A DNA stretch of 64,000 bases, from the IMG/VR virus record IMGVR_UViG_3300029258_003331; one strand, given 5' to 3'. Below, one piece after another: positions 17,733-27,031 of this stretch. A program made the position numbers and the translations under genes. The stretch is from a virus. Taxonomy: Duplodnaviria; Heunggongvirae; Uroviricota; Caudoviricetes. Position 1 is the first letter of the stretch, and each line of letters opens with the position of its first letter. Below the pieces are notes generated by a model, which saw only the letters and a list, made by a program, of their open reading frames with translations, was not told where the DNA came from and ran no database searches.

Positions 17733-18116
17733 ATGAACAAGAGACGGGTAGCACGAGATCTGGTGCAATTGGCCAAGAACCTGACGGCCTACAAAGGCAC
17801 CAAGACCTATTTGTCGAAAGGTGACGGCGAATTCCACATCCAGATTCGCGGGCACGTGAGGGCAACATTGGGGCGCAGCCGGACAGTCAAAGGAATCATA
17901 GACACCGAGGAAGACATCAAAAAGGTGGCCATGTCCGAGGTGAAAGGATTGAGTCCCGAGGCGAAGGATATTTACTGGGCGAAGACGGCGCTGGTCATTC
18001 CGAAAGAAGGTCTGTATGTTATCCTGAACGGCATTGTCGAGTTTGCCGACGAGAACAGCGGAGAGGAAATTCTTCGGGACAGGGGCTACGAGAAGACAGG
18101 CCCGCTGAAAGGCTGA
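17733..18116 (+). CDS. Helix-family small protein (127 aa)
   Basis: GAGGAGAAAACC then ATG. N-terminus MNKRRVARDLVQLAKNLTAY. Confidence 0.8.
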   Translation: MNKRRVARDLVQLAKNLTAYKGTKTYLSKGDGEFHIQIRGHVRATLGRSRTVKGIIDTEEDIKKVAMSEVKGLSPEAKDIYWAKTALVIPKEGLYVILNGIVEFADENSGEEILRDRGYEKTGPLKG

Positions 18117-18134
18117 CCTGCCAAGCGTAGAGAT

Positions 18135-18725
18135 TCAATTACATCGCCCTGGCTGGAAACGGCTGGGGCGATAGCTTTGATGGATGATTTCTTGTACCCG
18201 CTCCCAGGGCATCGGCTCATAGTCGTGGCCGTCTATCCCAACATCCAGAGACAGATTGCTCCTGAAATACTTGCTGTGCGAGTGACCGTGCAAATGCCAG
18301 GTTCCGCTTTCCTTGCCAGTCCATTGCCAGTTGTATCGGTGGCTTAGATAGAGTTTGACGCCGTCCAGAATCATCGTGTGCTCTTTCTTGACCCACACAA
18401 ACTCAGTGGCGTTTCTGACTCCCCGTGCGTCGTGGTTTCCCAGGATGAGGCGAATGCGTCCGTTGAGCCGTGCAACCAGGGGCTCAACGGTCACACGCGT
18501 GCCATGGAAAGCAAAGTCCCCCAGGTGATACACGTCGTCCTCTGGGCTTACTATTTGATTCCAGATGCTTATCAGAGCCTCGTCCATTTCGACGGCGCAT
18601 GTGTTTTTGGCTTCTTTGCTGAGCCATTCGTTGTCTTCATCGACGTAGCCGGCAGCCCAAGGACGGTTGCAGTGACGTGCTATGTTTGCATGTCGAAAAT
18701 GGGTATCTGCTGAGAAATATATCAA
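18135..18725 (-). CDS. Calcineurin-like metallophosphoesterase (196 aa)
   Basis: Motifs D-x-H (SADTHFRH), GDFAF, GNHD and HGHSH match the MPP superfamily signature set. Confidence 0.85.
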   Translation of the reverse strand: MIYFSADTHFRHANIARHCNRPWAAGYVDEDNEWLSKEAKNTCAVEMDEALISIWNQIVSPEDDVYHLGDFAFHGTRVTVEPLVARLNGRIRLILGNHDARGVRNATEFVWVKKEHTMILDGVKLYLSHRYNWQWTGKESGTWHLHGHSHSKYFRSNLSLDVGIDGHDYEPMPWERVQEIIHQSYRPSRFQPGRCN

Positions 18726-19180
18726 GTTCCTGCCCCAATGTAGAAGACGTGCCCCTCAGCACATTGGTAGGCGTCAACAACGTCGAGACATGTTTTCCGA
18801 CCCGGCACGTGAACCCGAATCATGTCGCTTGCAATATCAGAACTGGTTTTTGTGAGCGTCGAACAGCCGCAAACAGGACACTGTCTCGGGCGTTTCCGGG
18901 TACCAGGGTCGCGTCCCAGGATGGCGCTAATTTCTTCGTCATTCAGGTCAAAAGCGACGCCGAAAGGGAAAAAATCACACTTCTGAATGCGGTCGATGGC
19001 TTCTTGGATTGATTCTTCCAGCGCAGAACCAGCGAGCGCGTCAAAGGGCAGTTCCACGTATCCTTCGCCGTTTTCAATTGTGTTGCAGATTTCTCGCATG
19101 ATGTGTCTTGGACCTGTCTGGAGGGAATCGCAGTGTACCCAGAGCGCATTTGCCTCCTCGTTTGACAAGATGATGTGCAT
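18722..19180 (-). CDS. Hypothetical protein with CPVCGC motif (152 aa)
   Basis: ORF in the minus operon. Overlaps neighbouring genes by 4 nt. Confidence 0.7.
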   Translation of the reverse strand: MHIILSNEEANALWVHCDSLQTGPRHIMREICNTIENGEGYVELPFDALAGSALEESIQEAIDRIQKCDFFPFGVAFDLNDEEISAILGRDPGTRKRPRQCPVCGCSTLTKTSSDIASDMIRVHVPGRKTCLDVVDAYQCAEGHVFYIGAGT

Positions 19181-19182
19181 GT

Positions 19183-19764
19183 CTAGTTTCCCTCTGCCAG
19201 GTATTTGTCTACCTCGGCTAGTCCTCTGCCATAGTCCGAACTGTGGTAAAACTCGACGATTTCTCGTTTGCGGATGTGTTTCAGTTCTTTGAGTTTCGGG
19301 ACGGTCAGGGTTTCGACCATCACTTTGGTCTCTGTGAAGGCTTTATCGCCCTTCTTGATGAGGTTGGCAGCGTGTGTAGAGTCGGGGCGAAATTTGAGCA
19401 GGTAGTGACCCCGTAGCATCGCGCGGTAGTCTTTCTCGGTAGTCTCCATGACGATGAGGGTGACAAAATCCTGAACAGCCATGAGCCAGTCGATACGGAT
19501 GTTGGCTGGCAGATGGAACAGCGGGGCGGACTGGGTGGGGCGCGGGTAGAACATGAGGTGTTTCTGAATGAAAAGTTGTGCTGCCCAGGCTCGTGAAATG
19601 AGCGGTTTTGGTTGAGGCTTCTTGGCGCTATCCAGAGTGCCGTTTTTGCGCCAGTCGAATTCCAGACCCTTTGAGAGAAGCATATGGCAAAGGGTAGTTG
19701 CCTCGCAGGTCATAATTGTTGGGTACCGGCGCATCCAGTATAGCATCCTGTCGTAATACCTCAT
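19183..19764 (-). CDS. Hypothetical protein (193 aa)
   Basis: ORF in the minus operon. Confidence 0.7.
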   Translation of the reverse strand: MRYYDRMLYWMRRYPTIMTCEATTLCHMLLSKGLEFDWRKNGTLDSAKKPQPKPLISRAWAAQLFIQKHLMFYPRPTQSAPLFHLPANIRIDWLMAVQDFVTLIVMETTEKDYRAMLRGHYLLKFRPDSTHAANLIKKGDKAFTETKVMVETLTVPKLKELKHIRKREIVEFYHSSDYGRGLAEVDKYLAEGN

Positions 19765-20075
19765 TCTGTAGCCTCCGGGTCTGCTAATTCAAAATGGGGG
19801 TGGGGGTTTCCCTCGGGGTCGATTATCTCCAGTTCATGTATCCTGAAGAGCCCCCCGAGCGTCCAGTCACAGCCCATTTCTTCGGTGTGGCGTCCGATGC
19901 ATGAATATCCGATTTGAGTGGCAATTGTCGCATCGTCCAGGTCCGTATACTCGCGGAAATCCTCGGCGGTTTGAGGGGTGCCGCACCTTGGACATTTGAC
20001 CTTCCAAAGCGCTGGTTTTTCTCCGAAGCGTCTTTTGGCTTCGGCAACGAATTTTTGAACGGTGATGGTACGCAT
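19761..20075 (-). CDS. Hypothetical protein with CPRCG zinc-ribbon-like motif (104 aa)
   Basis: AAGGAGCAAAAA then ATG at 20075. TTGGTATAATG on the minus strand about 30 nt upstream. Confidence 0.6.
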   Translation of the reverse strand: MRTITVQKFVAEAKRRFGEKPALWKVKCPRCGTPQTAEDFREYTDLDDATIATQIGYSCIGRHTEEMGCDWTLGGLFRIHELEIIDPEGNPHPHFELADPEATE

Positions 20076-20103
20076 TTTTTGCTCCTTGGGTGATTTTCCC
20101 TGC

Positions 20104-20112
20104 ATTATACCA
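20104..20112 (-). promoter_or_regulatory. Extended -10 promoter TGGTATAATG (minus strand)
   Basis: About 30 nt upstream of the 20075 minus-strand start. Confidence 0.5.
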
Positions 20113-20221
20113 ACAGTGTCTCTTTTTGGTTGGGCGAAAATCAGGAATGTTTGGAATTTTGGTGAAGGAGGGCACCGGGGGCTCCGCGAGGGAAGCCCCC
20201 GGCGTGAGGGAGGGAGACGGC

Positions 20222-20461
20222 TCAGATGGTCAATTGGCGGATGTGAGCAGCCATGCGCGCGAAGGCTGCCGGCGAACTATCTCGCACATGGCTCCAATCA
20301 AAGCACTGCTCGTTCGCGAAGGAGAAGTCGATGGTCCCGAAGCCGTCACCGAGCAAGTAAACCTCGGTGTGCTGTTGCGAGGTGAGTTTGCCAAAGTTCT
20401 CGCCAGTGCAGCACATGTACGAGACCACAAGGTCGCGCTCTTCCTGGGCTTTGGTAGTCAT
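20222..20461 (-). CDS. Hypothetical protein (79 aa)
   Basis: GAAAGGAAAAAGAC then ATG. TTGGCACCGGTTATACAGG motif 28 nt upstream. Confidence 0.55.
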   Translation of the reverse strand: MTTKAQEERDLVVSYMCCTGENFGKLTSQQHTEVYLLGDGFGTIDFSFANEQCFDWSHVRDSSPAAFARMAAHIRQLTI

Positions 20462-20488
20462 GTCTTTTTCCTTTCTATCCTTGGACTA

Positions 20489-20509
20489 CCTGTATAACCG
20501 GTGCCAAAA
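20489..20509 (-). promoter_or_regulatory. Conserved TTTTGGCACCGGTTATACAGG element, copy 3
   Basis: 28 nt upstream of the 20461 minus-strand start. Confidence 0.5.
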
Positions 20510-20534
20510 TCAATACGCGGTCAAAATCTCGGAT

Positions 20535-21560
20535 TTATTTGTGGCAAACGTCGAAATAAACGGCTGAAGGGACGCCGTTGGAGGACGTTTTGTAGATTAT
20601 GAAACTGGCTTTAACCTTGTCTCCCACTTTGAGTTTCAGAGATCTTTGGTCACCGGAGTAGCCGCTAACTACTCGCTTTGCGAGTTTTTTAGCCTTTTTT
20701 ACTTTACTGCAACCCAACTTGACGCCGATGTAGTTACGCAGGCTGATACCGTTGATGACGACAGGTTTGTTTTTGCTTAGAGGATGATGGAAAGTGCCTA
20801 TGACGAAAAAAGTGTCAGTAACCCGACGCCAGAGAAGACGGTTCTTGATTGTTTTCAGGCTCTCTTTTCGCTTTTCCCAGTCGGCGCGAGTCGGGACTGG
20901 CATAGAGTGGACGCGGACATGTTCTTGGTCACTGCGTTCATTGATACGCACGAATTGAGGCATAGTCAGCGCTTTTTCTTTCTTGAGAGGCAGGTCCGTC
21001 ACCTTTCCGTACTTAGACGCCTCAGCAGCCTCTTTCTTGGCAGCGGTAGCGAGTTTGGTCCTCACCGCCTCCCATTCGCTTTGAGACACTAGCACACCTT
21101 CCTCCACCCAGCCACGCACTTCAAAATCAGGGCTACAGTAAGCAACACGCCGAAAACCGCCCTCCGCAGCCAGAATAGTGACCCCCGGACCATAGCCAGT
21201 GATTTCAGCCAAGGTCCCGGAAAGCCTGCCGCTCTTCATGAGTTTGGTGGCTTCCTTGACGTAATGGGTAGGCGTCGTTTCCTCGGGTGGGGTGCGTTCT
21301 TCGGGTGCCTGGTCGGTGATGGATTCTTTGGGCAGGTAGCCAGTGAGGGTGAGGTCGTAGCCGCTGTATTTGATGATGGAGAGGTCACCGACGTTTCCTT
21401 TGACGGCGACCTTGGTGCCTTTGTGGAGTCGGCAGATGCGGTTTTCAGGGGTGGCGTTGGGACCTGCGTGGACGAATGTTGGCGTGATGACATAGGCGTC
21501 CCCAGCGTGAGTCACCGAATAGCCAAAGAGCACGAGCAAAAGAGCCAATTTGCGGTACAT
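20535..21560 (-). CDS. Secreted protein with N-terminal signal peptide (341 aa)
   Basis: GGGAGGAAGTGATAT then ATG at 21560. N-terminus MYRKLALLLVLFGYSVTHA is signal-peptide-like. The table ORF extends to 21851, but that extension is S/T/P-rich and is overlapped by the next gene. Confidence 0.75.
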   Translation of the reverse strand: MYRKLALLLVLFGYSVTHAGDAYVITPTFVHAGPNATPENRICRLHKGTKVAVKGNVGDLSIIKYSGYDLTLTGYLPKESITDQAPEERTPPEETTPTHYVKEATKLMKSGRLSGTLAEITGYGPGVTILAAEGGFRRVAYCSPDFEVRGWVEEGVLVSQSEWEAVRTKLATAAKKEAAEASKYGKVTDLPLKKEKALTMPQFVRINERSDQEHVRVHSMPVPTRADWEKRKESLKTIKNRLLWRRVTDTFFVIGTFHHPLSKNKPVVINGISLRNYIGVKLGCSKVKKAKKLAKRVVSGYSGDQRSLKLKVGDKVKASFIIYKTSSNGVPSAVYFDVCHK

Positions 21561-21561
21561 A

Positions 21562-21867
21562 TCACTTCCTCCCTTCTTGATTTTCCCTGGAGAGAATATA
21601 CTCTCCCATGCGACAGTTCGAGTTTTTCTGTTCGATTTGCTGATGCTTGGCGCAAGGGGTGTGTTTGTACCAGGGCTTGTCATGTATGGCACAGTAGTAT
21701 TCTCCTGGTTTCTCCCCACGCAGGTGTTTACAGGGCGTCCCATCTCCCAGGACGACCGCCATGTTGTCTTGGCAATCGGGGTCGTTGGGGTCATAGCCCT
21801 GTTCGGGGTCGTCGATGATGACCACGAATGAGTGTTTGCAACAGTAGCCACATCGTAGGCAGATCAT
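21562..21867 (-). CDS. YkgJ/UPF0153-like putative zinc/iron-chelating protein (101 aa)
   Basis: CLRCGYCC matches the CxxCxxCC motif. GAAAGGAAAACCA then ATG. TTTGAGACCGGTTATACAGG motif 17 nt upstream. Confidence 0.6.
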   Translation of the reverse strand: MICLRCGYCCKHSFVVIIDDPEQGYDPNDPDCQDNMAVVLGDGTPCKHLRGEKPGEYYCAIHDKPWYKHTPCAKHQQIEQKNSNCRMGEYILSRENQEGRK

Positions 21868-21883
21868 TGGTTTTCCTTTCTGC

Positions 21884-21903
21884 CTGTATAACCGGTCTCA
21901 AAT
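21884..21903 (-). promoter_or_regulatory. Conserved TTTGAGACCGGTTATACAGG element, copy 4
   Basis: 17 nt upstream of the 21867 minus-strand start. Confidence 0.5.
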
Positions 21904-21999
21904 CGTAGGTGACGTTAAAATCCCATATTTTCTTGATATTTTCGTGTAGATGAGCGCGTCCCAATATGCCGTTTCCCCTCCTTCGTGGCGCTTGCTGCC

Positions 22000-22332
22000 T
22001 CAACGTCGAAGCCGGGATAGTCGTCCGTAAGCCACATCCATTTGTGGTGCTAGATTTGTGGGTCCCCCCTCTGCGGAGTGACCCACAACGGAGCCGTCGT
22101 GGTATCTGACGGTTGGCTCGTCGGCGGTATCGAAGTCCGGCGAGAACTGGAATGCCACGTCCTTCGTGTCTACGTCGTAGCGCACGCAGGTGTAACCGTC
22201 TATGCGCGAGCCAGTCAGCTCCTTAGCGTTCGCAAGTAGATAGTCTGGCACGACTTGCGTCTCGTATGGTCGGTGCGTGTATAGTTGCTGTCCGACGCGC
22301 TTACATGGTCTTCTTGCGGCTTGTCCACCCAT
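22000..22332 (-). CDS. Hypothetical protein (110 aa)
   Basis: Second ATG (22332) has AAAGGAGA 6 nt upstream. Confidence 0.55.
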   Translation of the reverse strand: MGGQAARRPCKRVGQQLYTHRPYETQVVPDYLLANAKELTGSRIDGYTCVRYDVDTKDVAFQFSPDFDTADEPTVRYHDGSVVGHSAEGGPTNLAPQMDVAYGRLSRLRR

Positions 22333-22450
22333 GGACGGTCTCCTTTCCATTTTCCTCTAATCAGGGTCGAGCGTAGAACGTCCCTGAAAAGTCATATTTT
22401 CTTGATATTCTGGTACGGGTGAGTGAACGTAAGCCCTTGGAGGAAATGAG

Positions 22451-22876
22451 ATGGACGACAGGCGCATTGCGGGTGAACTCATACGGGTGGCCAAGCTGCT
22501 GGAGGCTGTGAAAAGCCCGTTCACGATTATGAGACCCCTACAGCTAAAGACCGAGGGGGCAACCAGAGCCAGCATCGCGAACGCCCGGCTCATCAAGGGC
22601 GCTGGCTATGAGATTGCAGATGACCCGGTCTACGAGTACGACAAGACGGGTGTCAACTGGGACCTGGAGGTGGACTTTGTGCGCCCGAGCGACGGCCACA
22701 GGGCGACGCACAATTTCGATGGGTTCTCATGGGGCTACAGCGGCGAGGGGCCGCGTGGGCTGATTGAGTTCTCGGACATCTTCGGATTGGGTCTCGACAA
22801 GGACAAGATTCTCGGCAAGAAGGAAACAGGGCTGCCAGATAAGGGTATAGTTCCGCTGATAAAGGGGTTCCGATGA
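22451..22876 (+). CDS. Helix-family small protein (141 aa)
   Basis: GGAGGAAATGAG then ATG. N-terminus MDDRRIAGELIRVAKLLEAV. Confidence 0.8.
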   Translation: MDDRRIAGELIRVAKLLEAVKSPFTIMRPLQLKTEGATRASIANARLIKGAGYEIADDPVYEYDKTGVNWDLEVDFVRPSDGHRATHNFDGFSWGYSGEGPRGLIEFSDIFGLGLDKDKILGKKETGLPDKGIVPLIKGFR

Positions 22877-23460
22877 AGCGCATCGCAGAACGTATCGCGA
22901 ATGAGGTCATCTGTCTAGCGGCTCGTGTCGAGAAGTGGGCATTGAACCTTGCCATGTGGATGCTACGCGACGACGGGAACCGGCTACGGGGGCTTTCTCC
23001 GGCGACGGCGCGGAGGATTGACCAGATGCTTGAAAAGGCAGAGGAAAAGGGCACTCTGTGGTTAGCCAGGGAGATTCAGTCCCAATTCCCGGATTTGGAA
23101 GAACGGAAAGTAGCCTCCGAGGTCGAGAAAACGGCTGCAGTGCGCACGGAGAAGTTCTACTCTTACACGGCGCGCGGGTTTGTTTTGGGATTTGAGACGA
23201 CGATTGGTCCTGCTGGTTCCCTGGTTTCTGTTGGTTGGGCGACGGCGACAGAGAAGGAACTTCGTCAGCGGTTAAAGCGTGAAGTGTTTGCCATCGAGCG
23301 TGACATTCCGGAATTGGATTTTCGGAAGGAACCGGCATGGATTGTGGGCGATTCGCGAGGGGTGACGGTACGGGTCCTGGCGCTGTCGAAGACGATGCCG
23401 GAAGACGAACTAGCAGCGGTTGAGTTGCTGGAAATGGAAGGATTTGGGGCGCGGTCATAA
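22873..23460 (+). CDS. Hypothetical protein (195 aa) with degenerate N-terminal helix (RIAERIANEVICLAARV)
   Basis: ATGA overlap with the upstream gene. Followed by terminator hairpin 23498..23524. Confidence 0.75.
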   Translation: MKRIAERIANEVICLAARVEKWALNLAMWMLRDDGNRLRGLSPATARRIDQMLEKAEEKGTLWLAREIQSQFPDLEERKVASEVEKTAAVRTEKFYSYTARGFVLGFETTIGPAGSLVSVGWATATEKELRQRLKREVFAIERDIPELDFRKEPAWIVGDSRGVTVRVLALSKTMPEDELAAVELLEMEGFGARS

Positions 23461-23497
23461 GGAACGCCGCGCACCCACACGCCGGGACAACACCGGT

Positions 23498-23524
23498 CAG
23501 GGGGCTTAAATGCCCCCCTTTTTC
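23498..23524 (+). terminator. Rho-independent terminator
   Basis: GGGGGC-TTAAAT-GCCCCC followed by TTTTT. Confidence 0.65.
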
Positions 23525-23535
23525 AGAGAGAGATT

Positions 23536-26500
23536 ATGAGGTGCGTATCCACGACTGCCGAAGCCTTCGTTAAACATTCTGCTGAAGAGGCGGCAGACAA
23601 GCCCACCGTCAACGATTATCTTCAGACCATCTTGTACGACGCAGCCAAGAGTGGTTCTTTGTCCGACCTCAAGAACGCGATGACTGATTTCAAACGCGAC
23701 CATGGCGTTTCACTTGGCATGATGGTCAATGGTCTCTATGGACCGAACGAGAAATCGACGTTAGCCCACGCCGTGCTGCAGGACGATAACACACGCGAGG
23801 TAGTCAAAAAACTCGATTATCTTCTCAAGGAAGGCTACGACCCAAGCATGGTGAGTCTCGAATCGTCTGAGCGCCCGAGCCTATTGCAGCGAGCCGAACA
23901 AGGTGCCGATACGCTCCGGGCGCTCTTGGAGAAGCACGGCTACGTCTTTGGGACAGGCAAGGGAGAGGGTGCCGCTGGTTACGGTAAGATAAAAGAGAAG
24001 TTCGAGTACGGACCATTCACGATTGTCAATGCTGGTCTAAATGATGACCACATGGCTAGGGCTCTTTCTGAGTTAAAGCCTGTCATTGCCAAGATGAAGA
24101 AACTCGGCTTCGGCAATGTATTGTATGGTCCAATAATTGTCGTCTCTAGCAAGCTTGACGGGTTCAGCGTTTACAACGACCAGGCGAAGAAGTACAAGAG
24201 CATGACGGCGGGTGCCTACTATGACCAGTCGAGGGACATCGTGGTGGTGAATGCGGACAGCATAAATCCTACGTTGTTTGCACATGAACTGGGGCACAGA
24301 CATTGGTACAAGAAGATGGGCTCGACGCAGCGGGCGATGTGGGAGGGGGACTTTGAGAACCGGGCGACGAGAGTGAGTAAGCAGCAGGTGGACATGGTTT
24401 ATGCGTTGTTCAAGAAGGCTGTTCCGTTCGAGAAAGACGCGCTAGGGTTTGAGTATCCGAATTGGACAGAGTTCGGATACAAGAGATTTCTGGCTGCGCT
24501 TAGAAGGGGGCAGGCGAAGCACGCGCTACTAGACGTGTACGATTTGATAGTGAGGAGCGCCCACGGTTTTTCAGGCGGCAACATCAAGACGGCTCGCAGG
24601 AAGTACATCGGCTACCTAGTCGAAGAGGGATCATTTGGCGGTTCTTACTGGGATGCCAAGTGGATTCCGCCTGTGGCTGAGGTATTAGCCGGCGAGCAAG
24701 ACCCGGAGATTCTTCCCAGCAGGATGCGTGGTCGACCGAGGGAAGACTATGAATTCATGAAAAAATACGTCCACAAGCCTTTCGGGCGTCTTAAGGATGC
24801 GGCGAGGAAATCAATCGGCGCGACACTTGTTGAACTGGAGAGCACGACGGAATACGGGAAAAACAATACGCGGGAAGATTACGCTGAGGCATTTGCGCAT
24901 TACATCACGAACAAACCGATGCCTGAGCGTCTGGTATATTTGTTCAGAAAAGTTAACGGGCTCAAGGTGGCGAGTGAGGAGGATCTTATGGATATGCAGG
25001 TTATTGCGACGGAGTTGAGTCTTCTTGCTGATACTGTTGCGTGCGAGGCGGGAATCGACGACCAGGAAGAGATTGGCTTTCTGGACCAAAGCAGCATCGC
25101 CGAGAGGGTTGCTGCTGCCGTTTTGGACGTTCCGACGCATAAGGATTTTGCCAAAGTCGTGCGTGAATACGGGAACGGGTCAAAATGGTCTCACGCTGCC
25201 ATCTTTCCTGGCAAAACACACCGCGCGAAGAGACCCAAAGCGGTTTCCAGAAAGCCACTTGGGAAGCCGTTAGATGAAGCCCTTGCCGAGATTGGTGTCC
25301 AAGAAATTCCGTATGCTGAGGTGCGGGACGACGCGCTCGTTGTGACCGTGATTGGCAACCGGGGAGAGAAAGACACGTATGTTTTTACCAAGGAGCCCTA
25401 TGTCAATGTTTTCCGGGTCGAGCCTCAGAAGCGCAATGAGACAATGGAAGAACGGTCACTGGTTTTGAAAGAGAAACTCCATGAACTGGGGTTGAAGTAC
25501 TTGGGAGAGAGACACGGGAAGGCTGGCATGCAGATGGGACTCCCGGATAGTGCCCGGCGTGTTGGGGTGGGTTCCCGTGATTTCATGGCGAACTACTTGC
25601 TGGTAGATGGGAGAGACCAGCGCTGGAACGAGCATGATTTCTGGTCAATCAAGCAGCGAGGCGGCGACGAAACACTCCTTAAGAAACTCGTGGATTGGGT
25701 CAAGCGCGGTCCTACAATGCGACAAGTGAGACAGCGCGCAAGGGAGACCGGAGAGCGCACAACTGGTCTCATGAGGCTTTCTTCCGAGATGACTGTAGAG
25801 GAGAGGGTTGCCCAGGCGATTTTGGCGACGGCTCCGAACATCATCAATCTCCAGGATGTCAGAGAGCAACGCCGGCGTGAGGAACTAGAAAAGCGCTACG
25901 AGAAATCCAAGGAAGAAAAGGAAGAAAGGGAAAAGAAACAAAAGGATGAGATGGAAGATTTCGTGGGGACTATGAAATCCGCACTTCCTAGATTCAGCGC
26001 ATGGGTTGAGAAATTCGCGCCAGTCAAAAAGGCAGGCATCAAGAGGGCACATGCGACGAGAGACGGCTGGACGGTAAAGGTGCTGATAGACCTGGAGGGA
26101 GATGACTACGTTTCGTTTGACGTCTACAAGTACGCCCACCACGACAATGCTGCGCTCTACAATTCGGTTGCTTTCGTGGGCGGCAGGAAGACTAACATCT
26201 TCAAGTCGAAGTTTGTGACGCTGGACGAGACAAAGGATGCTGCCGACCCGAAGGTGGTACTGCCGGCTCGTCGCCTGGAGAAGATATTTGGCGAGCAGTC
26301 CGGGGAAGAAGACAGGATACGACCAAAGGATTTCATCGCGCTCCTTGAAAGACGTCTGGGGATGAAATATCACGCGAAGGACATGTATAGCATCCCCCTG
26401 AACGAGGAAGAGGATGTGCGGTTGTTGCTCTATCGGTGGGTTATCATGCGCACACCCGGGTGGGGCGTCAATGGCATCTACCAGCGTCACAAGCGCATTG

Positions 26501-26592
26501 ATAGGGGAGAGACGGTGAGCATCCCTGAAACCAAAGAGGGCATCAGGCAGGTTGAGAAGATGGTTGCTGATCTTAAGCGGAAATATGCATAG
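23536..26592 (+). CDS. Large multidomain protein with HExxH zinc-metallopeptidase-like motif (1018 aa)
   Basis: GAGAGAGA RBS. FAHELGHRHW plus downstream EDYAEAFAHY, a possible third ligand. K/E-rich segment near the C-terminus. May be a virion or polyvalent protein. Confidence 0.9.
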   Translation: MRCVSTTAEAFVKHSAEEAADKPTVNDYLQTILYDAAKSGSLSDLKNAMTDFKRDHGVSLGMMVNGLYGPNEKSTLAHAVLQDDNTREVVKKLDYLLKEGYDPSMVSLESSERPSLLQRAEQGADTLRALLEKHGYVFGTGKGEGAAGYGKIKEKFEYGPFTIVNAGLNDDHMARALSELKPVIAKMKKLGFGNVLYGPIIVVSSKLDGFSVYNDQAKKYKSMTAGAYYDQSRDIVVVNADSINPTLFAHELGHRHWYKKMGSTQRAMWEGDFENRATRVSKQQVDMVYALFKKAVPFEKDALGFEYPNWTEFGYKRFLAALRRGQAKHALLDVYDLIVRSAHGFSGGNIKTARRKYIGYLVEEGSFGGSYWDAKWIPPVAEVLAGEQDPEILPSRMRGRPREDYEFMKKYVHKPFGRLKDAARKSIGATLVELESTTEYGKNNTREDYAEAFAHYITNKPMPERLVYLFRKVNGLKVASEEDLMDMQVIATELSLLADTVACEAGIDDQEEIGFLDQSSIAERVAAAVLDVPTHKDFAKVVREYGNGSKWSHAAIFPGKTHRAKRPKAVSRKPLGKPLDEALAEIGVQEIPYAEVRDDALVVTVIGNRGEKDTYVFTKEPYVNVFRVEPQKRNETMEERSLVLKEKLHELGLKYLGERHGKAGMQMGLPDSARRVGVGSRDFMANYLLVDGRDQRWNEHDFWSIKQRGGDETLLKKLVDWVKRGPTMRQVRQRARETGERTTGLMRLSSEMTVEERVAQAILATAPNIINLQDVREQRRREELEKRYEKSKEEKEEREKKQKDEMEDFVGTMKSALPRFSAWVEKFAPVKKAGIKRAHATRDGWTVKVLIDLEGDDYVSFDVYKYAHHDNAALYNSVAFVGGRKTNIFKSKFVTLDETKDAADPKVVLPARRLEKIFGEQSGEEDRIRPKDFIALLERRLGMKYHAKDMYSIPLNEEEDVRLLLYRWVIMRTPGWGVNGIYQRHKRIDRGETVSIPETKEGIRQVEKMVADLKRKYA

Positions 26593-26601
26593 GAGGATCC
26601 C

Positions 26602-27024
26602 ATGGAACGTATCGCAAGAGAAATATTGGCTGTGGCGAGGCTTCTAATTGCCCAGTTTCGGACCTTGAATGATTTCGAGGTTTTTGAGAAGGGACTGGCT
26701 CCGGGACGCACCGAAATTTGGTATCAGAACGACCGTTTTGCGCGGGACGGGATGATGGGAATGAATTGGCTGCGCAAGCAAGGATTAGTGCCCGACCCGA
26801 AGGTGCTCAAAAAGACACACGTGCTTTTGGGTTCCATCAAGGAGGCGAACCTGAACAAGATATTCGCCATGATGCAAGGTGAGAGGTGGTCACCCGGCGG
26901 GGAGGCGCGTGATTTCATTCGCAAGTCAGGCGCACATCACACGTCTATGTCTGTCGGCGACGTAATCAAAATCGGCAACAAAGCGTGGATTGTGGACAGT
27001 TTTGGGTTTGAACCACTGGATTGA
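26602..27024 (+). CDS. Helix-family small protein (140 aa)
   Basis: AGGAGGATCCC then ATG. N-terminus MERIAREILAVARLLIAQF. Confidence 0.8.
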   Translation: MERIAREILAVARLLIAQFRTLNDFEVFEKGLAPGRTEIWYQNDRFARDGMMGMNWLRKQGLVPDPKVLKKTHVLLGSIKEANLNKIFAMMQGERWSPGGEARDFIRKSGAHHTSMSVGDVIKIGNKAWIVDSFGFEPLD

Positions 27025-27031
27025 GAGAGAC

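Noticed and set aside
16592-17776. 394-aa minus-strand ORF
   Set aside because: It lies entirely antisense to the 361-aa plus ORF 16637..17722 and is R/L/H/V-rich in a shadow-ORF pattern. The plus ORF has an RBS and protein-like composition.
20166-20200. CCGGGGG…CCCCCGG hairpin between the minus genes
   Set aside because: No adjacent T-run on either strand, so it is not called a terminator.
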